A stretch of DNA of 64,000 nt from Acidimicrobiia bacterium. GTDB lineage: Bacteria; Actinomycetota; Acidimicrobiia; IMCC26256; JADLDD01. The notes below the pieces were generated by a model. The model was not told the origin of the DNA, did no database searches, and saw only the letters and a program-made list of their open reading frames with translations. The stretch lies in contig JADLDD010000081.1 of assembly GCA_020846855.1 (NCBI GenBank), positions 16,517-80,516 of the forward strand. Direction: 5' to 3'. This document shows, piece by piece, positions 8,773 to 18,005 of the stretch. The translations under genes and the position numbers were made by a program. Each line of letters begins with the position of its first letter. Within the stretch, counting starts at the first letter, position 1.

Positions 8773-9870
8773 TCATCGTCGCACGCCCGGGGGCGGGCGA
8801 TCCTCTCCGGCGCTCCCGGGGTGGACACCCCCGCCTCCCGCCCCGCCCCCCGTCACGCCTCCCTCGGCGCCGGGTCCTCCGCCGGGCGGGTCGCCCGGCG
8901 GGCGCTCGGGCGGCGGGACCACCACCACCGACGCCCGGGTCCCGCTCCCCCGGCGCTCGTGCACCGCGAGCAGCCGTCCGTCGGGACCGGTGACGGCGAA
9001 GGGGCCGGGGCCGGCGCCCGGCCCCGGGGCCGCCGCGGCCGGCAGCGGCCGGCCACGCGCCACCGCGACCGCACCGTCGCCGTCGACCACGACGGCGGCC
9101 AGGTCGCGCATGGCCACGGCGGGAGGGAGGACGCACGCCGACGGGTCGGCCGCGACCTCCTCGAGCGTGCGCGCCTCGTCGAGACCGAACGACGCCACCC
9201 GCAGCCGCCGCAGCGAACCGAGGTGCGCCGGGCCCCCGAGCGCGGCCCCGAGGTCGGCGGCGAGGGTCCGGACGTAGGTCCCCGACGAGCACTCGACGGC
9301 GATCGTCACCCGGGGGTGTGGGCCGGGCTCGAAGTCCTCGACCTCCAGGCGGTGGATGTGGACGGGCCGGGGCGCGCGCTCGACCTCCACGCCCTCACGG
9401 GCGAGCTGGTGGAGCCGCCGACCGCCGACCTTCACCGCCGAGACCATCGGCGGCACCTGCTCGATCGGCCCCACGAAGCGTGCCGCGGCGGCCTCCACCT
9501 CCGCGCGCGACACCGGCATCGGCCGCTCGTAGGTGACCGTGCCCTCGAAGTCGAGGGTGTCGGTGGCCACCCCGAGCACGACGACCCCGCGGTACGCCTT
9601 GCCGGCTTCCGAGAGGAACCTCAGCAGCCGCGTCGCGCGCCCCAACCCGACCAGCAGGACGCCCGTGGCACCGGGGTCGAGGGTCCCCGCGTGCCCGACC
9701 CGCCGCTGGCCGTAGATCCGCCGCAGGCGGGCCACGACGTCGTGCGACGTCCACCCGCCGGGCTTGTCGATGACCACCAGGCCGTCGACCGGCCCGTCGA
9801 CGGTGACCGGGCGATCCGTCCGGGCGGCGCGGCGGCCACGGTCGCGGCCCGCCTCACCGTCCCGAGGCAC
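8773..9870 (-). CDS. truB: tRNA pseudouridine(55) synthase with a Pro/Gly-rich C-terminal extension
   Basis: GLVVIDKPGGWTSHDVV and HAGTLDPGATGVLLVGLG (catalytic Asp motif). GTG 9870 overlaps the nrnA stop by 17 nt. Confidence 0.9.
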   Translation of the reverse strand: MPRDGEAGRDRGRRAARTDRPVTVDGPVDGLVVIDKPGGWTSHDVVARLRRIYGQRRVGHAGTLDPGATGVLLVGLGRATRLLRFLSEAGKAYRGVVVLGVATDTLDFEGTVTYERPMPVSRAEVEAAAARFVGPIEQVPPMVSAVKVGGRRLHQLAREGVEVERAPRPVHIHRLEVEDFEPGPHPRVTIAVECSSGTYVRTLAADLGAALGGPAHLGSLRRLRVASFGLDEARTLEEVAADPSACVLPPAVAMRDLAAVVVDGDGAVAVARGRPLPAAAAPGPGAGPGPFAVTGPDGRLLAVHERRGSGTRASVVVVPPPERPPGDPPGGGPGAEGGVTGGGAGGGGVHPGSAGEDRPPPGVRR

Positions 9871-10858
9871 GGACCTCCCGGAGGTGGCTGCGTATGCGCC
9901 CGACGATCTCGTCGACCGGGTCGGTCGACTCGAAGCCGGCTGCGTACCGGTGCCCCCCGCCGCCCTCGGCCTCGGCGACCCGCCGCACGTCGGCGTCGCC
10001 GAGCGAGCGCAGGCTGACCCGCACCACGTCGAGGTCCTGCTTGAGGACGCACGCGACGTCGGCCTCCACCGTCCGCCGGAGGATGTCGATCAGGCCCTCG
10101 ACCTCATCGAGGTCGACGGCGAAGTGGTCGAAGTCGCGCCGCCTGACGGCCGTCCACACGAACCGCTCCTCGGGGATCAGCTCGGCCCGGGTCAGGGCGT
10201 CGCCGAGGAGGCGCAGGTAGGCGAAGCGGTGCTCCTCGAAGAGCTGCCGCGAGAGGCGCGTCACGGGGACGTCGAACTCGACGAGCTCGCGGGCGAGCTC
10301 GAAGACCTCGGCGTTGGTGCTCTCGTACTGGAACCGGCCGGTGTCGCACACCAGCGCCGTGTAGAGGCAGACCGCCGCCTGGCGGTTCAGCGGCAGCCCC
10401 ATGCGCTCGATGAGCTGGTGGACGACGCTGCCCGTCGACGCGGCGTCGGGGTCGATCACGTTGACGGACCCGAAGGCCCGGTTGGAGATGTGGTGGTCGA
10501 TGACGACCAGCTCGCCGGCCGCAGCCGCCACGGGTTCCAGGTCGCCGAGACGAGCCGGCGAACCGCAGTCGAAGGTGATCATCACCTCCGGCTCCCGAGG
10601 GACCGCGGACGGATCGACCAGCAGCTCCAGGCCCGGCATCTCGCGGTAGTGCGGCGCGACGACGAACGGCGACGGGAACGACGCCGTCGACACGCGGTCG
10701 GCAGCCTGCAGCACGTGGTGCATGGCGAGCATCGAGCCGAGGGCGTCGCCGTCGGGCTTCACGTGGCAGGCCAGCACCACGGAGGAGGCGCCGCCGATCA
10801 CGGCCGCCGCCCGGTCGAGGGCCACGGAGACGTCGGGGTGGGCACGGTCACCCGTCAC
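9854..10858 (-). CDS. nrnA: DHH/DHHA1 phosphoesterase (NrnA-type oligoribonuclease/pAp phosphatase)
   Basis: DHH motifs HVKPDGDALGS, DHH (VIDHHIS) and GGGH. GTG 10858 has GGAGGA 8 nt upstream. The track ORF extends to GTG 10918. Confidence 0.85.
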   Translation of the reverse strand: MTGDRAHPDVSVALDRAAAVIGGASSVVLACHVKPDGDALGSMLAMHHVLQAADRVSTASFPSPFVVAPHYREMPGLELLVDPSAVPREPEVMITFDCGSPARLGDLEPVAAAAGELVVIDHHISNRAFGSVNVIDPDAASTGSVVHQLIERMGLPLNRQAAVCLYTALVCDTGRFQYESTNAEVFELARELVEFDVPVTRLSRQLFEEHRFAYLRLLGDALTRAELIPEERFVWTAVRRRDFDHFAVDLDEVEGLIDILRRTVEADVACVLKQDLDVVRVSLRSLGDADVRRVAEAEGGGGHRYAAGFESTDPVDEIVGRIRSHLREVRASGR

Positions 10859-11402
10859 GGTCGGCGTCCTCCGGCCGCCCGGAACCGCCCTCGCTCCTCG
10901 ACATGCCGTCACGGTCACCGGCGCGCTCGACGCCCGGTTCCCCGCGCCGGAGCCCGGCCAGGATCTCGTCGATCCGCCGGCCCGCCTCGATCGACGGGTC
11001 GACGTGGAAGTCGAGCTCGGGGAGGTACTTCAGGCGGACCTGCCGCCCGAGCGCGGCCCGCAGGTGCGGAGCCGCCGATCGCAGCGCGGCCGCCGTCTCG
11101 GCGGGCCCGGCCGCTGCGCCGGGCCGGTCCCCGCCGGCCCCGGCCCGCGCGCGCGGGTTGGCGGCCCGGACCGGCGCGGGAGCGGGAGCGGGCGCGGGCG
11201 CGGCGCGACCGGTGACGGGTTCCCACACGCTGTAGTAGACGTCGGCGTGGCGCAGGTCGGCGCTGACGTCGACGTCGGTGAGGGTCACCAGGCCGAGGCG
11301 CGGGTCGGAGAGGCGCTCCAGCTCGTCGGCGAGAACCTCGCGCACCACCTCGTTCACCCGGGCGGTGCGCGGGTACCGGCGCACCGGCCGATGGCGGGTC
11401 AC
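10848..11402 (-). CDS. rbfA: Ribosome-binding factor A (with an Ala/Pro-rich internal insertion)
   Basis: RVNEVVREVLADELERLSDPRLGLVTLTDVDVSADLRHADVYYS ... LKYLPELDFHVD. Conserved position after infB. Confidence 0.88.
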   Translation of the reverse strand: MTRHRPVRRYPRTARVNEVVREVLADELERLSDPRLGLVTLTDVDVSADLRHADVYYSVWEPVTGRAAPAPAPAPAPVRAANPRARAGAGGDRPGAAAGPAETAAALRSAAPHLRAALGRQVRLKYLPELDFHVDPSIEAGRRIDEILAGLRRGEPGVERAGDRDGMSRSEGGSGRPEDADRDG

Positions 11403-11448
11403 GGCTCCGTCCTCGACGCCCCCGGCGGCCGCTGTCGGGCGGCGACCG

Positions 11449-11742
11449 TCACCGGGCGCCGTCCAGGTAGGTGGTCTCGGCGTCGATCACCTCGACGTCG
11501 GCGGCGCCGGCGACGAAGCGGTCGACGGAGTCGAGGACCTCCCTGAGGTGCCGGTCGGTGCCCGACACCACCGCCACCCCGATCGCCGCCCGCTGCCAGG
11601 TGTCGTGGTGGTCGACCTCGGCCACCGAGAGCCGGAACCGGTGGCGGAGCCCGTCGACTATGGGGCGCAGGGCGGCCCGCTTCTGCTTCAGCGACCGGCT
11701 CTCCGGTACGTGGAGCTCGTAGCAGACCGCGGCCGCGTGCAC
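11449..11742 (-). CDS. DUF503 family protein (YlxP-like)
   Basis: 97 aa, VHAAAVCYELHVPESRSLKQKRAALRPIVDGLRHRF... In the typical slot between infB and rbfA. GTG 11742. Confidence 0.75.
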   Translation of the reverse strand: MHAAAVCYELHVPESRSLKQKRAALRPIVDGLRHRFRLSVAEVDHHDTWQRAAIGVAVVSGTDRHLREVLDSVDRFVAGAADVEVIDAETTYLDGAR

Positions 11743-11801
11743 CCGTCCATTCTTGCCCCGCGGCCGGGTGGCCAAACACACGGGGGCCGCGGCGTCGGGG
11801 G

Positions 11802-14573
11802 TCAGGTGCGTGGGATCTCGCGCTCCTCGAACGTCTCGATCACGTCGCCGGACTTGAGGTCCTGGAAGTTCTCGAGGCCGATGCCGCACTCGAAGCCGGC
11901 GTGGACCTCGCGCACGTCGTCCTTGAAGCGGCGCAGGGATGCGATCGAGCCCCGCCAGATGATCGTGCCCTCGCGCAGGAACCGAACCTGCGACCCGCGG
12001 GTGATCACCCCGTTGCGGACGTAGCAGCCGGCGACCTTGCCGACACGGGGGATGCCGAAGATCTCGCGGACCTCCGCCTCCCCGGTGACGACCTCCTCGA
12101 ACTCCGGCTTGAGCATGCCGAGCAGGGCCGCCTTGACGTCGTCGAGCGCCTGGTAGATGACCTCGTAGAGGCGCATCTCGACGCCCTCCTGCTCGGCCAG
12201 CTCGCGGGCCTTGCGGTCGGGACGGACGTTGAAGCCGATGATCGTGGCGTTGGAGACGGCGGCGAGGTTCACGTCGGACTCGGTGATGCCCCCGACGGCC
12301 CGCTGCACGAACGACAGCCGCACCTCGTCGCGCTCCTGGTCGAGCTTGCGCAGCGATTCGGTGAGCGCCTCCAGCGAGCCCTGGACGTCGGCCCGCAGGA
12401 CGAGGTTGAGCGTCGCGACCTCGCCGCGCTGGACCATGGCGAAGATGTCCTCGAGGCGGGCGCCGCCCGCCAGGGCCATCGGGTGCGACAGGTTCACCGC
12501 CCGGCGCCTCCGGCCCCGGGCCTCGGCGACCGTCCGGGCGATCTTCTCGTTGGGCGCCACCCGGAGCTCGTCGCCGGCGAGGGGGACGTCGTCGAGGCCG
12601 AGGACCTCGACGGGGGTCGACGGGCCGGCCTCGGTGACGCTCTCCCCGTGGTCGTCGAAGAGGGCGCGGACCTTGCCCCACCCGCTCCCCGCCACGACCG
12701 GATCGCCGACCCGGAGCGTCCCGCTCTCGACGAGCGCCGTGGCGACGGGCCCCCGGCCCGGATCGAGGTTCGACTCCAGCACGAACGCGCGCGCCGGCGC
12801 CTTCGGGTTGGCCGCCAGCGGCGGGTCCTCGACGTCGGCGAGCAGCAGGATCGACTCCAGGAGCTCGTCGATGCCCACGCCCTCGGGGGCCGACACCTCG
12901 TTGACCACGGTGTCGCCGCCCCAGTCCTCGGGCACCAGCTCCTGCTCCACGAGCTGCTGCTTGACCCGGTTCACGTCGGCGTCGGCGCGGTCGACCTTGG
13001 TGACCGCCACCAGGATCGGCACCTCCGCGGCCCGGGCGTGGTTGATGGCCTCGACGGTCTGCGGCATCACGCCGTCGTCGGCCGCCACCACGAGCACCGC
13101 GATGTCGGTGGCCTGCGCGCCGCGGGCCCGCATGGCGGTGAACGCCTCGTGACCCGGGGTGTCGATGAAGGTGATCGGGCGGCCGCCGCTCTCCACCTGG
13201 TACGCCCCGATGTGCTGCGTGATGCCCCCCGCCTCGCCCGCCACGACGTTCGCCGAGCGGATGCGGTCGAGGAGCGTCGTCTTGCCGTGGTCGACGTGAC
13301 CCATCACCGTGACCACCGGCGCCCGCGGCTCCAGGAGGGCTTCGTCGTCTTCTTCGTCGTCGTCGCCGAACATGGCCTGGAGCTCGAGCTCGGCTTCCTG
13401 GCCCGGCTCCACGAGGATCACCTCGGCACCGAGCTCCTGGGCGATCAGCTCGATCATCTCGTCGGCGAGCGACTGGGTGCCCGTGACCATCTCGCCCGCG
13501 TCGAACAGGAGGCGCACGAGGTCGGCGCTGGTGCGGTTCAGCTTCGGGGCCAGCTCCTGGATGGTGATGCCGCGCGGCACCACGATCTCACCCTCGGGTA
13601 CGGGGGCGTCGGCGGGCGTGAGGGTGGGCAGCGCGGCCGGCCCGAGGTCCTCGAAGCTGCGACGCCTGCGCTTCTTGCGGCGGGGGCGCTGCTGCGGCCC
13701 GCCGCGACCCCGGCCGCCGGGACCTCCACCGGGACCTCCGCCCGGGCCGCCACCGGGCCCACCTCGTCCTCCGCCCGCCGGTCCGGGGCGGAAGCCGCCG
13801 CCCCGTGGCGGGCCGCCGCCGGTGCGCGGCGGTCCTCCCGGGCGGGGCGGACCGCCCCGCCCCGCGCCGGGTGGAGGCGGGATCGGGCGGCCGCCGCCGG
13901 GCGGGGGCGGGATCGGGCGACCCGACGGGCTGCGGGGCACCGGCGGAGGCGGGGGCGGGGGCGCCTTGCGCTCCGAAGGGGCCACGGCGGGACCGCCCGA
14001 GGCCGGGGAGGCCTCCGGAGCGCCGGCCGCGGGCGACGAGGCGGGGGCCGCGGGGGCCGCCGGGGCAGCCGCAGGCGGGGCGGCGACGGCCGGTGACGCC
14101 GCCGGGGTGGCGGCCGACGACGACGCCGCGGCCGGCCGGTCGGCGACCGGGGCCGGGGCGGGGGGAGCAGGAGGAGCCGGGGCGGCCGGGGGGCGTACCG
14201 GCGTGCCGGCGCCCGGCGACGAGCGGACGATGCGGTGCACGGGCCGTGCCGGCTCCTCGACGGGCGGAGCCTCGGGCTCGGGCCCCGCCGGAGCCGGACC
14301 CGTTGACCGGACCGCAGGCCGCTTGGCGGGCTTGGCCGCGGGCTTGGCCGCGGGCTTGGGCGTGACCTCGGCTTCCGGCTCGGGCTCGGCGGGCGGGGGC
14401 TCGATCCCCTTCGACTTCGCGAGGCGGCGGACGCGGTCGGCCGAGGGCTCGTCGATGCTCGACGAGTGGCTCTTCACGCCGACCTTGAGCTCCTCGGCTA
14501 GCTCGAGAACGACCGCGTTCTCGACGCCGAGCTCCCTAGCCAGCTCGTAGACCCGGATCTTCTTGGTTGCCAA
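11802..14573 (-). CDS. infB: Translation initiation factor IF-2
   Basis: Conserved N-terminus (L)[15 protein letters not shown], a Pro/Gly/Ala-rich linker, and the GTPase motifs [17 protein letters not shown] and NKVD-like TKVD. A TTG start at 14573 is preferred, with a purine-rich GAAACGGAAAG upstream. The track ORF start at 14696 would overlap ylxR. Confidence 0.92.
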   Translation of the reverse strand: MATKKIRVYELARELGVENAVVLELAEELKVGVKSHSSSIDEPSADRVRRLAKSKGIEPPPAEPEPEAEVTPKPAAKPAAKPAKRPAVRSTGPAPAGPEPEAPPVEEPARPVHRIVRSSPGAGTPVRPPAAPAPPAPPAPAPVADRPAAASSSAATPAASPAVAAPPAAAPAAPAAPASSPAAGAPEASPASGGPAVAPSERKAPPPPPPPVPRSPSGRPIPPPPGGGRPIPPPPGAGRGGPPRPGGPPRTGGGPPRGGGFRPGPAGGGRGGPGGGPGGGPGGGPGGRGRGGPQQRPRRKKRRRRSFEDLGPAALPTLTPADAPVPEGEIVVPRGITIQELAPKLNRTSADLVRLLFDAGEMVTGTQSLADEMIELIAQELGAEVILVEPGQEAELELQAMFGDDDEEDDEALLEPRAPVVTVMGHVDHGKTTLLDRIRSANVVAGEAGGITQHIGAYQVESGGRPITFIDTPGHEAFTAMRARGAQATDIAVLVVAADDGVMPQTVEAINHARAAEVPILVAVTKVDRADADVNRVKQQLVEQELVPEDWGGDTVVNEVSAPEGVGIDELLESILLLADVEDPPLAANPKAPARAFVLESNLDPGRGPVATALVESGTLRVGDPVVAGSGWGKVRALFDDHGESVTEAGPSTPVEVLGLDDVPLAGDELRVAPNEKIARTVAEARGRRRRAVNLSHPMALAGGARLEDIFAMVQRGEVATLNLVLRADVQGSLEALTESLRKLDQERDEVRLSFVQRAVGGITESDVNLAAVSNATIIGFNVRPDRKARELAEQEGVEMRLYEVIYQALDDVKAALLGMLKPEFEEVVTGEAEVREIFGIPRVGKVAGCYVRNGVITRGSQVRFLREGTIIWRGSIASLRRFKDDVREVHAGFECGIGLENFQDLKSGDVIETFEEREIPRT

Positions 14574-14599
14574 GGACGCTTTCCGTTTCTTCTCTCTCA

Positions 14600-14622
14600 G
14601 CGGGTGGGTCGACCCCACCCGC
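14600..14622 (-). other. 9 bp GC hairpin between the ylxR stop and the infB start
   Basis: gcgggtggg-tcgac-cccacccgc read on the plus strand. No U-tract follows. Function unknown. Confidence 0.4.
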
Positions 14623-14625
14623 CGT

Positions 14626-14892
14626 TCAGGTGCCCCATAGCTTCGCGCGGAGCATGCGCTCCTCGTCGTTCGTGAACGGCCCGCGCCGCAGTGCACGGGC
14701 GAGCGAGCCCCGGGCCAGCGCCCGTTCGAGGCACCCGCTCGACGCGGCGCACACCCACGCTCCCCGGCCCGGCGCCGTCGTGCCCACGCCCAGCACGCCG
14801 CCCGGGCCCCGGGCTACCCGCAGCATCTCGCCGGGGCTCCCGACGCGCCGGCAACCGACGCAGGTCCGCCGCGGCTCAGTCGCCTCCCTCAC
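14626..14892 (-). CDS. ylxR: YlxR/DUF448 family RNA-binding protein
   Basis: RTCVGCRRV...GRGAWVC motif and the conserved slot between nusA and infB. The GTG 14892 start is inferred and overlaps the nusA stop by 17 nt. Confidence 0.8.
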   Translation of the reverse strand: MREATEPRRTCVGCRRVGSPGEMLRVARGPGGVLGVGTTAPGRGAWVCAASSGCLERALARGSLARALRRGPFTNDEERMLRAKLWGT

Positions 14893-16222
14893 CTTCCGTG
14901 CTCGACACCGCGGGATCGCCACCTTCCGGGCGCTCGACAGGATCCGCCGCCGGCTCCTCGGTCGGACCCTCCTCGGCGGCGTCCACCTCGGCCGGACCGG
15001 CGCCGGCGGGAGCCTCCTCGGCCGGCGCGGAATCGGCCGGAGCCCCGCCGGGAGCCTCCTCGGCCGGCGGGGACTCCGCCGGGGCGGAACCGGCCGGCGT
15101 GGCCTCACCCGGAACGGAATCCGCCGGGGCGGCGTAGCCGGCCTCGGCCGCCGAGATGGCCTCGCCGCCACCGGCCGGCTGCCAGACCAGCTCCCCGGCC
15201 TCGTTGCGCACCCATTCGCCCTCGGCGTACTCGACGGCGCCGCCGGCCTCCTCCTCGGCGAGCTGGGTCTCGCTCTTGATGTCGACGCGCCAGCCGCTGA
15301 GCCGGGCCGCCAGCCGGGCGTTCTGCCCCTCCTTGCCGATGGCGAGGGAGAGCTGGAAGTCGGGGACGATCACCTCGGCGGTGCCGGTGTCCTCGTGGAT
15401 GCGCACCTCGCGCACCCGCGCCGGCGCCAGGGCCTTGGTGACGAAGTCGGCCGGGTCCTCGGTGTATGGGACGATGTCGACCTTCTCGCCCCGGAGCTCG
15501 TTGACCACCATGCGGACCCTCGAGCCCCGAGCGCCCACGCACGCGCCCACGGGGTCGACGTTGGAGTCGTTGGACGCCACCGCGATCTTCGTGCGGTGCC
15601 CCGGCTCCCGGGCGACGGCCTTCAGCTCGACTACGCCGTCGACGATCTCCGGGACCTCCATCTCGAAGAGGCGCTTCACCAGGCCGGGGTGGGTGCGCGA
15701 CACCACGATCTGGGGACCCTTGACCGTCTTGCGGACCTCGACGATGTAGGCCTTGAGCCGGCTGCCGTGCTCGTAGCGCTCGGTCTGCACCTGCTCGGCC
15801 TGCGGGAGCAACGCCTCCACCCGCCCCAGGTCGAGGAGCGTGTAGCGCTGGTCGGTCTGCTGGATGATGCCGGTGACGATGTCGCCCTCGCGCCCCGCGT
15901 ACTCCTCGTACTTCATGTCGCGCTCGGCGTCGCGGATGCTCTGGAAGATCACCTGCTTGGCGTGCTGGGCGGCGATGCGCCCGAAGTCGGACGGGGTGTC
16001 GTCCCACTCCCGGACGACGTTGCCCTCCTCGTCGAGCTCCTGGGCGATCACGCGGATCTCGCCCGTCTCGACGTCGACCTCGACGAGCGCCTCCTCGGCG
16101 GCGTCGGGCATCCGCTTGTAGGCGGTTACCAGCGCGTTGGCGAGCGCCTCGAGCATCGTCTCGACGGAGATGCCCTTCTCGCGCTCGATGGTGCTGAGCG
16201 CTTCCATCATCTCGGAGTTCAT
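14876..16222 (-). CDS. nusA: Transcription termination/antitermination factor NusA (acidic Pro/Ala/Glu tail)
   Basis: MNSEMMEALSTIEREKGIS..., an S1 domain, and two KH domains (PVGACVGARGSRV, AIGKEGQNARLAARLSGWRVDI). ATG 16222 overlaps the rimP stop. Confidence 0.95.
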   Translation of the reverse strand: MNSEMMEALSTIEREKGISVETMLEALANALVTAYKRMPDAAEEALVEVDVETGEIRVIAQELDEEGNVVREWDDTPSDFGRIAAQHAKQVIFQSIRDAERDMKYEEYAGREGDIVTGIIQQTDQRYTLLDLGRVEALLPQAEQVQTERYEHGSRLKAYIVEVRKTVKGPQIVVSRTHPGLVKRLFEMEVPEIVDGVVELKAVAREPGHRTKIAVASNDSNVDPVGACVGARGSRVRMVVNELRGEKVDIVPYTEDPADFVTKALAPARVREVRIHEDTGTAEVIVPDFQLSLAIGKEGQNARLAARLSGWRVDIKSETQLAEEEAGGAVEYAEGEWVRNEAGELVWQPAGGGEAISAAEAGYAAPADSVPGEATPAGSAPAESPPAEEAPGGAPADSAPAEEAPAGAGPAEVDAAEEGPTEEPAADPVERPEGGDPAVSSTEGEGGD

Positions 16223-16797
16223 CGCTTGCTCCCGGTGCGTTCCGCGGCTCGCCCGCCTCGGGCCGGACGGGGCGGCTTCGGCGCCGGTCCCCATTCGAAG
16301 ACGGTGCGGGCCTGGGTGACGGCGGCGGGGTCGATCTCGAGGTGCCCGCCCGCTCCGGGGCCCTCGGTCACGTCGACGGTGATCGCGTCCGGGGCCGCGC
16401 CCACGAGGCGGCCGTGGACGCGCTGGCCCCGGCCCGCCGCGTCGCGGTACTTGACGGACACCGTCTCGCCGACCGCCCCCTCGAAGTGGCGGGGCAGGCG
16501 CAACGGGCGCTCCAGGCCGGGACTGCTCACCTCGAGCGTGTAGGTGCCGGCGACGGGGTCGGTGCGGTCGAGGAACGACGAGAGCGCCCGGGTGGCGTCG
16601 GTGACGAGGTCGAGGTCGACGCCGCCGGGGCGGTCGACGAGCACCCGCAGCACCCGCGGGCGCCCGCCACCGAGCGCGACGTCGTAGAGGTCGAGCCCGA
16701 GGTCCGCGAGCACTTCCGCCAGGGCGCCGTGCAACTCGTCGACACCGCCGACGGCGTCGCCGTCGCGGCCCGAGGGTGCTCCGTGCGTCGTGGCCAC
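16219..16797 (-). CDS. rimP: Ribosome maturation factor RimP
   Basis: LEVSSPGLERPL motif. GTG 16797 has a perfect AGGAGG 8 nt upstream. The track ORF extends to GTG 16863. Confidence 0.85.
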   Translation of the reverse strand: MATTHGAPSGRDGDAVGGVDELHGALAEVLADLGLDLYDVALGGGRPRVLRVLVDRPGGVDLDLVTDATRALSSFLDRTDPVAGTYTLEVSSPGLERPLRLPRHFEGAVGETVSVKYRDAAGRGQRVHGRLVGAAPDAITVDVTEGPGAGGHLEIDPAAVTQARTVFEWGPAPKPPRPARGGRAAERTGSKR

Positions 16798-16888
16798 CTC
16801 GCTCACCTCCTCTCGCTGTCGCGCTCTTCCGTGAAGTCTCTCCGTGAAGGCCTCCGTGGCCACCGCCGGACCGTCTACACGCCGTTAC

Positions 16889-16915
16889 AAGAAAAAACGT
16901 GGGCGGGGGCCCACG
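16889..16915 (-). terminator. Canonical intrinsic terminator on the minus strand (7 bp GC stem, 4 nt loop, TTTTTTCTT)
   Basis: The plus strand reads aagaaaaaa-cgtgggc-gggg-gcccacg. On the minus strand the hairpin is followed by T6CTT. This is the only A/T run of 6 or more that I noticed in the window. Confidence 0.7.
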
Positions 16916-16961
16916 TCGCCCGGCCCACGAGGGGCCACCGTCGGACAAGACACCGGCAGGA

Positions 16962-16973
16962 TAGCAATTGCTA
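16962..16973. promoter_or_regulatory. Perfect 12 bp AT-rich palindrome TAGCAATTGCTA overlapping the Prim-Pol start codon
   Basis: Read directly. It is its own reverse complement and contains the TTG at 16968. Candidate operator; function unknown. Confidence 0.4.
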
Positions 16974-18005
16974 GCGTCGGAGGTCGTGGCCACGCCGTCC
17001 GTCGAACTGGACGCCGGCGGGCGGACCGTGCGGGTGACCAACCCGGACAAGGTCTTCTTCCCGGCCCGGGGCGAGACCAAGCTCGACCTGGCCCGCTACT
17101 ACCTCTCCGTCGCCGACGGCGCCCTGACCGGCGTGAGGGAGCGCCCGACCGTCCTGCACCGGTTTCCCCACGGCGCCCTGGGCGAGTCCTTCTACCAGAA
17201 GCGCGTCCCCGAGAAGCGCCCCGACTGGATCGAGACGGTGGAGATCGAGTTCCCCAGCGGCCGCCGGGCCCGGGAGCTGTGCCCCGTCGACATCGCGCAC
17301 GTGGTGTGGGCGGCGAACCTCGGCTGCCTGGCCATGAACCCGTGGGCCGTCAGGCGTTCCGACGTCGACCGCCCCGACGAGCTGCGCGTCGACCTCGACC
17401 CGCAGCCCGGCGTGCCCTTCGCGGCGGTCCGCGAGACCGCCCTTTGCGTGCGGGAGGTCCTGGCCGCGGCCGACCTGGAGGGGTTCCCCAAGACCTCCGG
17501 CTCGCGCGGCATGCACGTGAACGTCCGGATCGAGCCGAGATGGTCGTTCACGGAGGTCCGCCGGGCCGCCCTGGCCCTCGCCCGCGAGGTGGAGCGGCGC
17601 CTGCCCGGCACCGTCACCTCACGGTGGTGGAAGGAGCAGCGCGGCGAGAAGGTGTTCGTCGACTACAACCAGAACGCCCGCGACCGGACGGTGGCCTCGG
17701 CCTACTCGGTGCGCGCCAACGCCGAGGGCCGGGTGTCGTGCCCCCTCACCTGGGACGAGGTCCCCGACGTCGAGCCCGGCGACCTGACGCTGGCCACCGT
17801 CCCGGCCCGCTACGCGGCGTCGGGCGACCCCGGCGCCGCGATCGACGACCGCCCGTACCGCCTCGACGGTCTGCTCGAGCTCGCGGCCCGCGACGAGGCC
17901 GACGGCCTGGGCGACGAGCCGTGGCCGCCGCACTTCCCCAAGGCGGAGGGCGAGGGGCCGCGGGTGGCCCCCAGCCGGGCCCGGCGTCAGCCCCCGAAGA
18001 CCTGA
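16968..18005 (+). CDS. Stand-alone LigD-polymerase-domain / Prim-Pol protein (Prim-PolC-like)
   Basis: 345 aa, with VTNPDKVFFP, YYLSVADGAL, DELRVDLDP, SGSRGMHV and VDYNQNARDRTVASAYSVR, which are hallmark archaeo-eukaryotic primase/LigD Pol motifs. Start is TTG 16968 or GTG 16986. Confidence 0.88.
   Translation: MLASEVVATPSVELDAGGRTVRVTNPDKVFFPARGETKLDLARYYLSVADGALTGVRERPTVLHRFPHGALGESFYQKRVPEKRPDWIETVEIEFPSGRRARELCPVDIAHVVWAANLGCLAMNPWAVRRSDVDRPDELRVDLDPQPGVPFAAVRETALCVREVLAAADLEGFPKTSGSRGMHVNVRIEPRWSFTEVRRAALALAREVERRLPGTVTSRWWKEQRGEKVFVDYNQNARDRTVASAYSVRANAEGRVSCPLTWDEVPDVEPGDLTLATVPARYAASGDPGAAIDDRPYRLDGLLELAARDEADGLGDEPWPPHFPKAEGEGPRVAPSRARRQPPKT

Noticed and set aside
7315-10017. 900 aa plus-strand ORF, with similar giants at 22924..26442, 26638..29601, 47651..51757 and 51977..55087
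   Set aside because: All lie antisense to well-supported homologous genes. They are dominated by Arg/Gly/Pro/Ala/His and have no recognisable motifs. This is the typical open antisense frame of DNA above 70% GC, not evidence of overlapping genes.
14574-14696. Upstream start at 14696 for infB (964 aa version)
   Set aside because: It would overlap ylxR by 71 nt and add a non-conserved Arg/Ser-rich leader. The conserved IF-2 N-terminus ([14 protein letters not shown]) begins at TTG 14573, with a purine-rich SD upstream.
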